DNA of 64,000 bases from Octopus sinensis (GCF_006345805.1 NC_043021.1:9486001-9550000); one strand, 5' to 3'; positions 25,945-38,941 are shown, numbered from the stretch's first letter. A program made the numbers and translations. Notes: generated from the letters alone by a model not told the origin.

Positions 25945-26156
25945 CACCCCTTGAAATATAAATGAATGGACTCACATATATGTGTATAAGTTCATTCCTC
26001 TGTATATCTGTATGTATGTATAAAGTCCAGTATATGGCAATGAATGTAAACTATATAAATAATTTCCTAAAGGGTTTAAATGAAACAGAACAGAATAATG
26101 ATTAGAACGAGTAGATTTTACTTTAAAAAATTATACATCTTTACACATCTTTACAT

Positions 26157-26580
26157 AGGCGCAGGAGTGGCTGTGTGGTAAGTAGCTTGTCTACCAACCA
26201 CATGGTTCCGGGTTCAGTCCCACTGCGTGGCACCTTGGGCAAGTGTCTTCTACTATAGCCTCGGGCTGACCAAAGCCTTGTGAGTGGATTTGGTAGACGG
26301 AAACTGAAAGAAGCCCGTCGTATATATGTATATATATATATGCGTGTGTGTGTTTGTGTGTCTGTGTTTGTCCCCTAGCATTGCTTGACAACTGATGCTG
26401 GTGTGTTTATGTCCCGTTACTTAGCGGTCCGGCAAAAGAGACCGATAGAATAAGTACTGGGCTTACAAAAGAATAAGTCCCGGGGTCGAGTTGCTCGACT
26501 AAAGGCGGTGCTCCAGCATGGCCGCAGTCAAATGACTGAAACAAGTAAAATAGTAAAAAAAAAAAAAAAGTAAAAGAGAG
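26157..26580 (+). mobile_element. SINE-A full length
   Basis: aggcgcaggagtggctgtgtggtaag head through gtaaaagag tail. Confidence 0.9.
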
Positions 26581-26862
26581 ATGCATGTATGCAACCACTT
26601 CCCACCTTAATTATATAAATGTGTCATTTTTGATTATAATTATCAGTACCAACATTATGATTGTAATCTTTATAATCACTTTGGATTTACTATATTAAAC
26701 CATCTTCATTTTGTATGATACCACATGGAATAATATATGGAGGTATCAGTATGTGTAGATGGGTGAACACATCTACATGAATGAGAGTGTGTCTGCCAAT
26801 GTGCATAAATGCCTACATGTGAGGCTGTCACTGCATGTACGTATACGTAAGCATACATACAT

Positions 26863-27368
<506 letters not shown>

Positions 27369-29477
27369 TATATAAAATATTATTAGAGACAAAACCACTA
27401 TTTTGCAAAACGTTTTGCAAAATAGTGTGTTTGTCTCTAAATATTTTATAATATTTTACTATAAATTGGATTTAATCCTAAATCTGATTTTTCCTTGTAA
27501 ATTTGGATTTATTCCCTAATATTTATTATTATATATATATATATATATAGCTGTATACCATTGGATAAAAATCAACAGGGCAGAGCATGAGTGAAAGTAT
27601 GTATGAATGAGTATATATAACAATGCATGTGTCTATATCGTGTATGTCTCTCAATATGTTGTATTAGGTTTCTGGGTGTATATGTACCAATGTGTGTATA
27701 TATCGGTATATGTGGGTGGACGAATGCGTGTTATGGTAATAAATCAACTTTGAATTCAAAAAAGAACTGCCAGTGGACAGACAGGGAAGCATGTGGAATC
27801 AAAAAGTGCAGAAGATAACTGGATGCAAGTGACATCTGCTTAATGCTTAATGACTAGTAACTCAAAACCAATTTAAGATATCAGAAACCAACCTCTATGC
27901 CTTTTCCCTGGCTTTGGGTTTCATATTCTGTCTCTCTCTAAATAATTAGATTAACCCCAATGCAAAACCAGTGATGTCTGTAACGATGCCTGTAATGTGT
28001 TTGTATATATATATATAATTTATTGGCTGATGTATGTATGTGTATGTTTGTGTGAATGTGTGTGTATATCTGGCTATATGTGTGGCATGTGTATATTTAT
28101 GTGTGCATGTAAATATATATATCATCATCATCATTGTTTAACGTCCACTTTCCATGCTGGCATGGGTTGGATGGTTTGACTGAGGACTGGTGAGCCAGAT
28201 GGCTGCACCAGGCTCTAATCTGATCTGGCAGAGTTTCTACAGCTGGATGCTTTTCCTAACGCCAACCACTCCGAGAGTGTAGTGGGTGCTTTTATTGGCA
28301 ACGGCCACACTCAAATGGTTTTTTTTATGTGCCACCTGCACAGGAGCCATTCCAGCGGCACTGGCAATGACCTCGCTCGAATGTTGTTTTTCACATGCCA
28401 CCAGCACAAGTACCAGTAAGGTAACACTGGTAACAATCACCCTTGAATTGTTCTTTTTATGTGCTGCCAGCACGGAAGCCAGTCAGTCAGATATATATAA
28501 AGCAAATAAGTAACAAGGATGTCCAGGTATCATTGCATTACAGCCGTTTCAAGCAGCTCCATTTAATTGATCAATGCAAGCATTACATCATTTTGAAATA
28601 ACCCACTTTCCTCAGACACATAAGACCATACAGGTTTTCAACATACAGGATACTCCATTGTAATTTTTTTAGCAAATTTTTTCATCAGAAATAGAGAATA
28701 AAAGAATTACATGTTTATTGCTATTATTGTAGCAGAATGAACTTAGGGAGAAAATACCAAAAGTCTGGACATTCTTATTACTTATTTGCTTTTTATTCAC
28801 CTTACTTCAAGCTGTGCGGACAATACCGGACTGACTTGGTGCCTCAACTTAAGTACCTAATTCAACTGAATCTTAATTATTTCTTATATATATAATGGAT
28901 AATAAAACGAATGGTTTACACCTGGTAGCTTACTGGTAAAGCATGGTCATTTTCATAGTGATTGTTATGGATATGGTAAATGAAAGATGGAAGATGGAAT
29001 ATGCAAGAATTTATTATTAATCACGACAATTGTTTCGACATATCTAGCATCAATTCCTCTTGGGTGGGACACTCAACAAATGGTTCAAGGGCATCCAGTG
29101 GTGAAGATGTATCTCGTTGGGTGATAAATAAATACAACTTGTTTAAATAACAGTTCTGTAACGTAACTTCCCATTTTGTAGAAAGAAAAAATCAGCCAGA
29201 TAGAGGAAATATCTTCATTTATATGGAAGATCAAAAATAAAATCACAGATGGCAGAAAGAGAAACGAACGTGCAATCCAACGAGGAAAGTATGGATGTAT
29301 AAACCCATCTCAGGCAAGGTGCATGGTGCGAGGACACTCGCTCATACAAGCATCTGCAAAAATGTGAGCATATGCACATGTGAGGTTTGGCGCTCTCATG
29401 ATCACAAAGTGAGTTGTCTATCTAGTTGGCATTTGTAAGAGCAGGGGAGGTTAAAGGTAAACTTAAGTCATCCCTAC

Positions 29478-29893
29478 CTATTTCTTTACTACCCACAAGG
29501 GGCTAAACACAGAGAGGACAAACAAGGACAGACAAACGAATTAAGTTGATTATATCGACCCCAGTGCGTAACTAGTACTTATTTAATTGACCCCGAAAGG
29601 ATGAAAGGCAAAGTCGACCTCGGCAGAATTTGAACTCAGAACGTAGCGGCAGACGAAATACCTATTTCTTTACTACCCACAAGGGGCTAAACACAGAGGG
29701 GACAAACAAGGACAGACAAACGGATTAAGTTGATTATATCAACCCCAGTGCATAACTAGTACTTATTTAATCGACCCCAAAAGGATGAAAGGCAAAGTCG
29801 ACCGTGGCGGAATTTGAACTCAGAATGTAGCGGCAGACGAAATACCGCTAGGCATTTCGCCCGGTGTGCTAACGTTTCTGCCAGCTTGCCGCC
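29478..29893 (-). mobile_element. Dimeric SINE-B under one TSD
   Basis: Units 29478-29661 and 29662-29893; TSD ttaagtcatccctac / ttaagtcatccatac. Confidence 0.85.
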
Positions 29894-30438
29894 TTAAGTC
29901 ATCCATACCTTAAAGTAAATTAAATTATGTTATCGGTTACCCAAAATTCATTCCCACTGCATTGTGCAAAAGTACATTTATATGCATGTAGGCATCTCGA
30001 GAGATGTTCAGAAATTTTCTTAATGATCTTCTCTTTAGTCCACGAGTAGATTTGAACTAAGAAAATAAAATGTGACGAAAGACAAGACCATAAGTTTGTG
30101 GTGAGGGTTTACTAGGTTGATCCTATCACATTGACTGGTACATGATCATATTGGGCCCCTTCTGTCTGTCAACTACATCTCCTACAACACCCTTCCACAA
30201 GCAATTTTCGTCTAAGATAATTTGATAATTTGAGGTGTATGTAAAGTATTCCTGGCGATGATTTTGGAAACATTTTGCTTTTTCCTTCACACACATTTTT
30301 TGAGACTTATCATCTTGGTCTAGAGTCTACTTAATAAATTATAATTAAATGTAGGTATTTTACAGTTTAATCCTCGTGAGTGGATTTGGTAGACAGAAAC
30401 TGAAAGAGGTCTGTAGTATATACATATACATATGCATA

Positions 30439-30878
30439 TATAAGGTGGCCCAAAAGTAGGTTTACAGTTATCCAACTATCTCTTTTGCATTCATAAATTA
30501 ACAGTTTAGATCTTAATTATAAAAATTATGAAACCATTATCCTATGCTAATTTAGTTAATTGTAAGATAGAAATTTAAATGTAATAAAATGTTTTAACCC
30601 TTTAGTGTTTGCATTATTCTGCCAAAATTAATCCTTCTTTATCCACATTGTTTTGAATTAATCATGCATTATCTTGTAGTTATGAGATTTTGATGAGGTA
30701 GCTGTTAATTTTTAAAACGATATTGTAGGTTTGGTGTGAGAGACCAGATCTGGCCAGTTTGAACATAAAACAGGCAGAATACTTTTGGCCGGATATGGCC
30801 GGTTTAAATGCTAAAGGGTTAAATGAAATTTTAAGTGCCCATGTGACAATTGTAAACCTGCTTTTGGGCCACCCTGTA
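30439..30878. mobile_element. Tc1/mariner-type MITE with nested piggyBac MITE
   Basis: TIR taaggtggcccaaaagtaggtttacagtt at 30441 and aattgtaaacctgcttttgggccaccctgta at 30848-30878; TA ends. Confidence 0.8.
30598..30818. mobile_element. piggyBac-type MITE (221 bp)
   Basis: TTAA|CCCTTTAG...CTAAAGGG|TTAA; TTAA TSD at 30594-30597 and 30819-30822. Confidence 0.85.
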
Positions 30879-31009
30879 TGTATGTGAAAGTGTAAAAAAA
30901 TCACCACTCATATTTACACACACATACATATATACACACATATAGATTTTGGATAACAAAGAACATCCCTTCCCAATTCAACTCCAAATTTTTTTGCAAC
31001 AAACTCATC

Positions 31010-31370
31010 ATCATCATCATCATCATCATCGTTTAGCGTCCGTTTTCCATGCTAGCATGGGTTGGACGGTTCTACTGGGGTCTGTGAAGCCAGAAGGCTT
31101 CATCAGGCCCAGTCAAATCTGGCAGTGTTTCTACGGCTGGATGCCCTTCCTAACGCCAACCACTCCGTGAGTGTAGTGGGTGCTTTTTACGTGCCACCCG
31201 CACAGGTGCCAGACAGAGCTGGCAAACGGCCACGAACGGATGGTGCTTTTTACGTGCCACCGGCACGAGGCCAGTCGGGGTGGCACTGGCAACGGTCGCG
31301 AAACGGAAGGTTCTCTTACATGCCACCGGCACTGGTAACACATCTGCAAATTCCATTGATCGATTTCGAT
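31010..31370 (-). mobile_element. Repeat-E: headless (GAT)n-tailed retroposon with internal ~60-bp tandem units
   Basis: ggttggcgttaggaagggcatccagccgtagaaa core. Copies: 3320-3510, 28122-28485, 42870-43085 and 43365-43610 (-); 23810-24063 and 46368-46590 (+). Confidence 0.75.
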
Positions 31371-31732
31371 ATATATATATAAAAGGTATTAATTTTCTGT
31401 AACTATATCATTCATGATGAATCTCTCAAAAGAAATGAAAGCACTAAATAAATAATCTTTATCCAAAATTCTACCTCCTTTTTTGTGTCTCTGTTTGTCA
31501 CCCACCACTGCTTGACAACCAGTGTTGGTATGTTTACGTTCCTGTAACTTAGCAGTTTGGCAAAAGGAACTGACAGAATAAGCACCAGGTTATTAAAAGA
31601 AAAAAACATGAGTACTGGGATCGATTCATTCGACTAAAAATTCTTCAAAATAGTGCTCCAGCATGACTGAAACAAGTAAAAGATAAAAGATATTCGTAGT
31701 CGCCCCCCACCCCCAGGGATTCAGGTCTTTAT

Positions 31733-32130
31733 AGGTGCAGGAGTGGCTGTGTGGTAAGTAGCTTGCTTACCAACCACATGGTTCCAGGTTCAGTCCCACT
31801 GCATGGCACCTTGGGCAAGTGTCTTCTACTGTAGCCTCGGGCCGACCAAAGCCTTGTGAGTGGATTTGGTAGACGGAAACTGAAAGAAGCCCATTGTATA
31901 TATGCATATATACGTATGTGAGTATGTTTGTGTGTCTGTGTTTGTCCCCCTAGAATTGCTTGACAACCGATGCTGGCGTGTTTATGTCTCCATCACTTAG
32001 TGGTTCGGCAAAAGAGACCGATAGAATAAGTACTAGACTTACAAAGAATAAATCCCAGGGTCGATTTGCTCGACTAAAGGTGGTGCTCCAGCATGGTCAC
32101 AGTCAAATGACTGAAACAAGTAAAAGAGTA
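31733..32130 (+). mobile_element. SINE-A full length
   Basis: Consensus match; a tail-only copy lies at about 31480-31690. Confidence 0.9.
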
Positions 32131-32402
32131 GAATTATACCAGAATGGGAACAATATTAGCATCAGATTTTAAAATGGCATGCAAGCAGTAGTATTTTAAC
32201 AGTCAACATGATGATCAACACAAGTCATTGGTATCTCTTCAAATTTCTACAAATATTCAAGTGGTTTGCATAACAGGTTAAAGAAAAAAAAGCCCTCAAT
32301 GTTATTTGAAGTACTAATGATTTTGAAGGAGCAGATCACCTTACTGGCAGCTATTTTTGTATTGTAACAATTATATGGTTTTCTTCAACAAAAAAAAAAC
32401 AT

Positions 32403-32810
32403 AGGTGCAGGAGTGGCTGTGTGGTAAGTAGCTTGCTTACCAACCACATGGTTCCAGGTACAGTCCCACTGCATGGCACCTTGGGCAAGTGTCTTCTACT
32501 ATAGCCTCGGGCCGACCAAAGCCTTGTGAGTGGATTTGGTAGACGGAAACTGAAAGAAGCCCGTCGTATATATGTATGTATGTGTGTGTGTATATGTTTG
32601 TGTGTCTATGTTTGTCCCCCCCCCAACATCGCTTGACAGCCGATGCTGGTGTGTTTACGTCCCCGTAACTTAGCAGCTTGGCAAAAAGAGACGGATAGAA
32701 TAAGTACTAGGCTTACAAAGAATAAGTCCTGGGGTCGATTTGCTCGACTAAAGGCGGTGCTCCAGCATGGCCACAGTCAAATTACTGAAACAAGTAAAAG
32801 AGTAAAAGAA
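32403..32810 (+). mobile_element. SINE-A full length
   Basis: Consensus match. Confidence 0.9.
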
Positions 32811-32854
32811 TAATAGCAGATAGGACATCACTATCACTGTGATACTGGTGCTAA

Positions 32855-33610
32855 GCCAACTGTTTTTTTCATGCTGAGGAACAGATAATAGTCAGCTGTG
32901 GCCAAATAAGGAGAATAGGGAGGTCGATCAACCAGCTGAAAACCATAATCATACACAACAACCATTGAAACCAAGGATTTGTATGCTGGAGCATTGTCCT
33001 AATGAAACAAGACCCCTTTCTGAAGTTTTCTTGGACATTTGACCTAGATAGCCTTTTGTAACTGCCTTGGCAAGTTGGCATAGCACTCTCTGTTGATGGT
33101 GTGGTCCTTTTGAAGACAGTCAATAAACAGTTCCAAAAAACTGAGGCCATCATCTCCCCTGTAGATGAAACAACATTGGCCTTCTTTGGAGCAGGTGAGG
33201 AGGAGTGTTTCCACTGCATGGATTGTCTCTGTCACTGGCTCAAAGTGATGAACCAAATACTCATTCTTATTTCTTTACTACCCACAAGGGGCTAAACACA
33301 GAGGGGACAAACGAGGACAGACAAACGGATTAAGTCGATTACATCGACCCCAGTGCGTAACTGGTACTTAATTTATCGACCCCGAAAGGATGAAAGGCAA
33401 AGTCGACCCCAAAAGGATGAAAGGCAAAGTCGACCTCGGCGGAATTTGAACCCAGAACGTAATGACAGACGAAATACGGCTATGCATTTCACCCGGCGTG
33501 CTAACGTTTCTGCCAGCTCGCCGCCTTTGAACCAAACACTAATTCTGGGTTGGGAAATGTTTAAGGAAATCAGCTGGATCTGCCTGAAACAATGTCAGAT
33601 TTTTGTATAG
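32855..33610 (-). mobile_element. Mariner transposase fragment interrupted by a SINE-B copy
   Basis: Minus-strand translation: ADPADFLKHF, VHHFEP, MQWKHSSSPAPKKA..MMASVFW, LFH*DNAPA, VDRPPYSPYLATADYYLF (WVHH, DNAP and YSPDLAP motifs). Confidence 0.9.
33268..33527 (-). mobile_element. SINE-B inserted in mariner, 19-bp TSD, internal 27-bp duplication
   Basis: TSD tgaaccaaatactcattct (33249-33267) / tgaaccaaacactaattct (33528-33546). Confidence 0.9.
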
Positions 33611-34073
33611 CGAGGTCGTTGCCAGTATCGCTGGACTGGCTCCTGTGCAGGTGGCACATAAAAAGCACCATTTGAGCGTGGTCACTGTATTGGCCCTTGC
33701 CTTTCCCTTGGATAACATCGGTGGTGTGTAGAGGGGAGGCTGGTATGCGTGGGGGACTGCCGGTCTTCCATAAACAACCTTGCCCAGACTTGTGCCTCGG
33801 AGGGTAACTTTCTAGGTGCAAATCCCATGGTCATTCATGACTGAAGGGAGTCACAACTACTATTATTATAGCCAAGGTTGACTTTACTTTTCATCCTTTA
33901 GGGGTCGATAAATTAAGTACCAATTGAGTTTTGGGGTCGATGTAGTTGACTTATCCCCCTTCCCCAAATTTCAGGCCTTGTGCCGATTATAGAAAGGATT
34001 ATTATTATCCTCATCATCATCATCGTCGTCGTCGTCGTCGTTGTCGTCGTCATTGTCGTCCTTATTATTATTA

Positions 34074-34307
34074 TAAGGCAGCGAGCTGGCAGAAACGTTA
34101 GCACACCGGGCGAAATGCGTAGCCGTATTTCGGCTGCCGTTACGTTCTGAGTTCAAATTCCGCCGAGGTCGACTTTGCCTTTCATCCTTACGGAGTCGAT
34201 AAATTAAGTACCAGTTACGCACTGGAGTCGGTATAATCGACTTAATCCATTTGTGTGTCCTTGTTTTTCCTCTCTGTGTTTAGCCCCTTGTGGGTAGTAA
34301 AGAAATA

Positions 34308-34308
<1 letters not shown>
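34074..34308 (+). mobile_element. SINE-B (tRNA head, central gcctttcatcctttcggggtcgataaattaagtaccag domain, taaagaaatag tail)
   Basis: Full consensus. Other copies: 2107-2295, 2300-2460, 3668-3825, 34378-34620 and 60506-60736 (+); 6880-7030, 7190-7400, 8828-9026, 11110-11300, 20685-20882 and 42415-42535 (-). Confidence 0.85.
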
Positions 34309-34352
<44 letters not shown>

Positions 34353-34824
34353 GTCATCATCATTATCATTATTATAATTAAGGTGGCAAGTTGGCAGAAT
34401 TTTTAATGCACCAGACAAAATGCTGAGTGGCATTTCATCTGGTGCTCTGTGTTCTGAGTTCAAATGCTGCCAAGGTTGACTTTACCTTTCATCATTTTGG
34501 TGTTGATAAGATGAGTAACAGTCAAATACAGTGGGGAATGATGTAATTGCTAGGCCCCCCACCCACCCACCATTTCCCATAAATGTCCAGGCCTTGGGCC
34601 TACAGGAGAAAGGATTATTTTATAATTATAGTCTACAAGATAAAACTTTTGACAAGAAATTCATTCACAGCACCTGAGCTAAAAGAATTGGCATGCGATC
34701 TAATTCATTTGCACAGTCTCCTTTCTTTTGAAATGAAGTTTAAAAACAGCGGTGCCCCAGCATGGCCTTAGCTCTCTAGCTGAAACTATTAAAGAAAATT
34801 TAAAAAAAAAAAGAAAAGACTGTC

Positions 34825-35065
34825 GGAGGCTTCCAAATATATGGCATATCGCATGTCTCCTAAATTACATTTGTTCCATTCACACCTAGATTTCTAGTCT
34901 GAAAATATCAGCGCAGCCAGTGATAAACAAAAAGGAGAGATTTCCCCTGAATATTAAATCTAAGCAAACATGCTATCAAGAATTCAAGAATTCTCGAATG
35001 GAAACATGGAGGCAGACTATTGTTAGAAGATGTAAATCGCATTTAGAAGAAACTGTCATATTTAT
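34825..35065 (+). mobile_element. DNA transposase C-terminal fossil, Chapaev-like
   Basis: Manual translation MSPKLHLFHSHLDF*SENISAASD, ERF, ADYC. It resembles the MSLKIHFLHSHLDFFPENLGAVSDEHGERF..ADYCW motif I recall from Chapaev3 transposases; the family label is from memory. Confidence 0.6.
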
Positions 35066-35115
35066 CACATTTTTCATTATAGATAGCATGTGCACTACAT
35101 GTATGTGTGTGTACA

Positions 35116-35173
<58 letters not shown>

Positions 35174-36039
35174 GTGTGTGTGTGTATGTGTGTGTGGTGT
35201 GTGTGTGTGTGGTGTGTGTGTGTGTGTGTGTGTAATATATGTATACACATATGATAAATGCATGAAAATAAATCTTATTTTTATTACACACACACACTAT
35301 ATATATATATATATATATATAAATATTCTATAATTATAACATAATTATAATTAGGGGGCAGCTAATTGCTGTATAATTATAATTATGTTTATGATTATAG
35401 AATATTTGTTTAATTTCACCTAAAAAGATTATTTTAACGTATTGATCTACTTGGTAAAATTATTAATTACTAATTAATTAATTGAATAATTAATTAATAT
35501 TACCCTTTTATTTTATATATATATATCTACATGTATATGTATATTGTGGCGGTGCATGGCTTCATAAGAGTCTTGGCCTTGCAATCATGAGGTTGTGAGG
35601 TCAATTCCCAGGCCGGGTTATGTGTTGTGTTCTTGAGCAAGACACTTTATTTCACGTTGCTCCAGTTCACTCAGCTGTAGCAATGAGTTGCGATATCGCT
35701 GGTGCCAAGCTATATCAGCCTTTGCACGGAGAGGGGAGGCTGGCATGCATGGGTGACTGCCGGTCATCCATAAACAACCTTACCCAGACTTGTGCTAAAG
35801 GAACACTTCCTATAGATACACACACACACACACCACACACATATATACATATGTTGTAATGATTCCTATCTTTTCAGTACACATTTCAGCTGAACCTTCT
35901 CAGAAATGAGACAGTTTCTGTATGACAGAAACTATATGTATAGCCACCTTCTGACAATTCCTTCAGGAGGAAATTGTTCAGCTTAGCACAGAACACAATA
36001 TCAACTACAAACTTTCACTTCTTGGTGATCTGTTTGACA

Positions 36040-36369
36040 TTCATCTTTAGTCGAGCAAATCGACCCCAGGACTTATTCTTTGTAAGCCTAGTACTTATTC
36101 TATCGGTCTGTTTTTGTCGAACCGCTAAGTTACATGGACATAAACACACCAGCATCGGTTGTCAAGTGATGTTGGGGACAAACACAGACAAACACACACA
36201 CACACACACGGGCTTCTTCCAGTTTCCATCTACCAAATCCACTCACAAGGCTCTAGTCAGCCTGTGGCTATAGTAGAAGACACTTGCCCAAGGTGCCACA
36301 CAGTGGGACTGAACCCATGACCATGTAGTTGGTAAGCAAGCTACTTACCACACAGCCACTCCTGCGCCT
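36040..36369 (-). mobile_element. SINE-A
   Basis: Consensus match, tail truncated. Confidence 0.85.
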
Positions 36370-36787
36370 ATATATAATATTTGTTCTATCCACAACACCC
36401 AATAAATCAGAAGAACCAAAATGAATTTAAACATTACAAAGCCTTACTGTTGGTGAAATAAGAAAGTAAACACATTCTTTGAAAGCTTTTGATGTGCAGG
36501 AGAAATGAAATAAAAAAATATCTATACCCACCCAAAAAATTGAAATCTGATAAGGAAAAAAAAATTGAAATCTGATAGGGAAAAAAATATTGAAATCTGA
36601 TGGGATAAAAAAAACCAATACAAGATTTAGAATCACCATCAATTTCAGTTTTATCTCTCTGATGTGAACAAAATATTTCATTTGTTGATCTGAGTATACC
36701 AAAAAGTATAGAATTGATAAAAAAACACATACACACATAGCAAAAATTATAGCATAAATTCAAGCAGTCATTCAAAGATATGGGTAT

Positions 36788-36827
<40 letters not shown>

Positions 36828-36929
36828 ATAGAAATGGTAAGACAACAAAAGAATGAAAGAGATCTCAATATTATGTAAATAGAGGAATTTATCTGTAAAT
36901 GTAATTTGTAACAATTATTCGGTAGCCAT

Positions 36930-36990
36930 GATAAAACTCAGAGTTTCGGATGTCAGGGCGGAAATCTACACTGCCATCTCTTCAGTTATC
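36930..36990 (-). ncRNA. Type-I hammerhead motif (mirror copy, left arm)
   Basis: Revcomp: gataa-CTGAAGA-GATG...CATC-c-GAAA-CTC t GAG-T-T-ttatc. Confidence 0.7.
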
Positions 36991-37039
36991 TGGCCATCGG
37001 AAAAAATGCTCTTTTTCCGAGCATTTCTTCTGATGGCTG

Positions 37040-37100
37040 GATAACTGAAGAGATGGCGGCATGGATTTCCGCCCTGACATCCGAAACTCGGAGTTTTATC
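37040..37100 (+). ncRNA. Type-I hammerhead motif (right arm of fold-back)
   Basis: gataa-CTGAAGA-GATG..ggcgg..ccgcc..CATC-c-GAAA-CTC g GAG-T-T-ttatc. Confidence 0.7.
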
Positions 37101-37157
37101 ATGGCTACCGAATAATTGTCACATATTACATTTACAGATATATATATATATATATAT

Positions 37158-37488
37158 ATGGGAAATGATGCCCCACCTACCATATTTGCCGAACATTGGC
37201 ACCCCCCCCCATCCAACTGATTATCATTAATTCCACAGTCTTCACAATCATTTGGACAGAAAAAATATGAATTCTGTAGACAAGGTCAGAACAGTACTGA
37301 AGGAGAATTTTTCATCACAGACAAGTGAATTTGGGAAGAGGGGCCTTGCAAGTCTACGAGACAGATGGAAGAGCATTGTAGAAAATGAAAGAGAGTATAT
37401 TTTAGATTGAAAAAGAACTTTGTTTATCTTAATTTTGTAAAATAAAGAAAGTATTAAAAAAAACCGCATTATTTATGGGATGACCCTA
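37158..37488 (+). mobile_element. Mariner 3' end: C-terminal transposase plus right TIR
   Basis: WEMMPHLPYLPN, PTDYH*FHSLHNHLD, EFGKRGLASLRDRWKSIVENEREYILD*, followed by aaaaaccgcattatttatgggatgaccctata (mariner-type TIR ending in TA). Confidence 0.85.
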
Positions 37489-38277
37489 TATATATATAAT
37501 GTTCTTGCCTTCGGAATGGGGAGTAGATGAAACAGGGACTGTTATATGTCTTGTTTCTCTGATTTTTTTTTGTTGTTTGAAAAAAAGTTCATTTCCATGT
37601 TTTTGTTTTTATGCTTTTGTTTCTCATAGTGTTCAACGATTTTTTGATGTCCTGTACCCATATATGCATGTATATATACATATATTTATATTATTTATAT
37701 TATTTATATATATATATAATATATTATATATATATATATATATATATTATTTATATTTATATATATGTATATATGATAATTACCGTTATCTCTGGAATCT
37801 CTGGAATTCATAAACATTTAATGCATCTCAACGCACATTTCCACAAATCACCCGAGGTCCACATATACTATAGTCTGCACTGTAATCATCCCAGGAATAC
37901 GGACTGTGCTCTTAAGGGACATGTGGTTTGTGGGAACACAAAAAGCAATGCCTTAAATGTTTATAAATTCCTTCCAAAGATTATTATTATTATTATTATT
38001 AAAAATTATTATAATAATTATAATTATAATTATACCCTTTGTTATTATTGATAATAGTATTTTCTCCCTGATAACAAACTACAGGTTTTTTTCTGTAGTA
38101 TTTTACTTGAAGACACACGCGGATGGGCGGGGGAAAGTAAAATCACCTCATTCATATTTTGAATTCGGTGGTACTAACACTGAATATGATCTGTCTGATA
38201 CCGTTAGGTGGAGAGATATATTCAATTATTGCAGTACCCTCGAATTTAATATTTCAATATTTAATTATTGAGGAATG

Positions 38278-38358
38278 CCATGCTGATGAGGAAAATGGTT
38301 GGTAAAGTATAATTCTATATTCTTTATTCCAATCTAATTCTGAAATGCGCGTTCATGG
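38278..38358 (+). ncRNA. Type-I hammerhead motif with long stem II
   Basis: ccatg-CTGATGA-(~52-nt interrupted hairpin: ggaa/ttct, ggttgg/ccaatc, taaag/cttta)-GAAA-tGCGCG-T-T-catgg. Confidence 0.65.
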
Positions 38359-38719
38359 ATGACAAGATATTGATTGATTTTCGTTGCTTTCCTCTGCCTG
38401 TGTGGATTGTTTTCAAGTATTTTGGTTTCTCTGGGAGTCCCTTTTTAAAGTAGAAGAAATAGCTAAGGTTTTGGCTGCTATTTCTAAACTTCGATATGTG
38501 GTAAAGCAAATCTTTGCTGAAACCTAATTATTAAGTATATATATATTGCTACCCTAATATTGATTTATATATATATATATATATATAGATATATATATAT
38601 ATATATGCTCTGTGCGTTTTCATGGTTTAAGAATATGTATACCATATCCTACTGAATTGTAAGAGATGATTAAAGAGTTGGTATCAGGAAGGGTATCCAG
38701 CCTTTAAACATTGCTTTAA

Positions 38720-38941
38720 CCCTTTAGTGTTCGCATTATTCTGCCAAAATTAATGCTTTTTTTATCCACATCGCCTTGAACTAATCAGACATCATCTTGT
38801 AGCTATGAGATTTTGATGAGGTAGCTGTTAATTTTTAAAATGATATTGTAGGGTCGGTGTGAGAGGCCAGATCTGGCCAGTTTGAACATAAAACAGGTAG
38901 AATACTTTTGGCTGGATATGGCCAGTTTAAATGCCAAAGGG
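38720..38941. mobile_element. piggyBac-type MITE, second copy
   Basis: TTAA|CCCTTTAG...CCAAAGGG|TTAA; body matches 30598-30818. Confidence 0.85.

Noticed and set aside
29020-29057. GAAACAATTGTC (palindromic stem III plus GUC) on the minus strand
   Set aside because: The upstream core is UUGAUGC and stem I does not pair; at most a heavily decayed half-motif.
38324-38509. 61-aa ORF as a GIY-YIG endonuclease tail
   Set aside because: The resemblance is weak, and the same sequence appears as non-coding terminal repeat in the 19057 hairpins.
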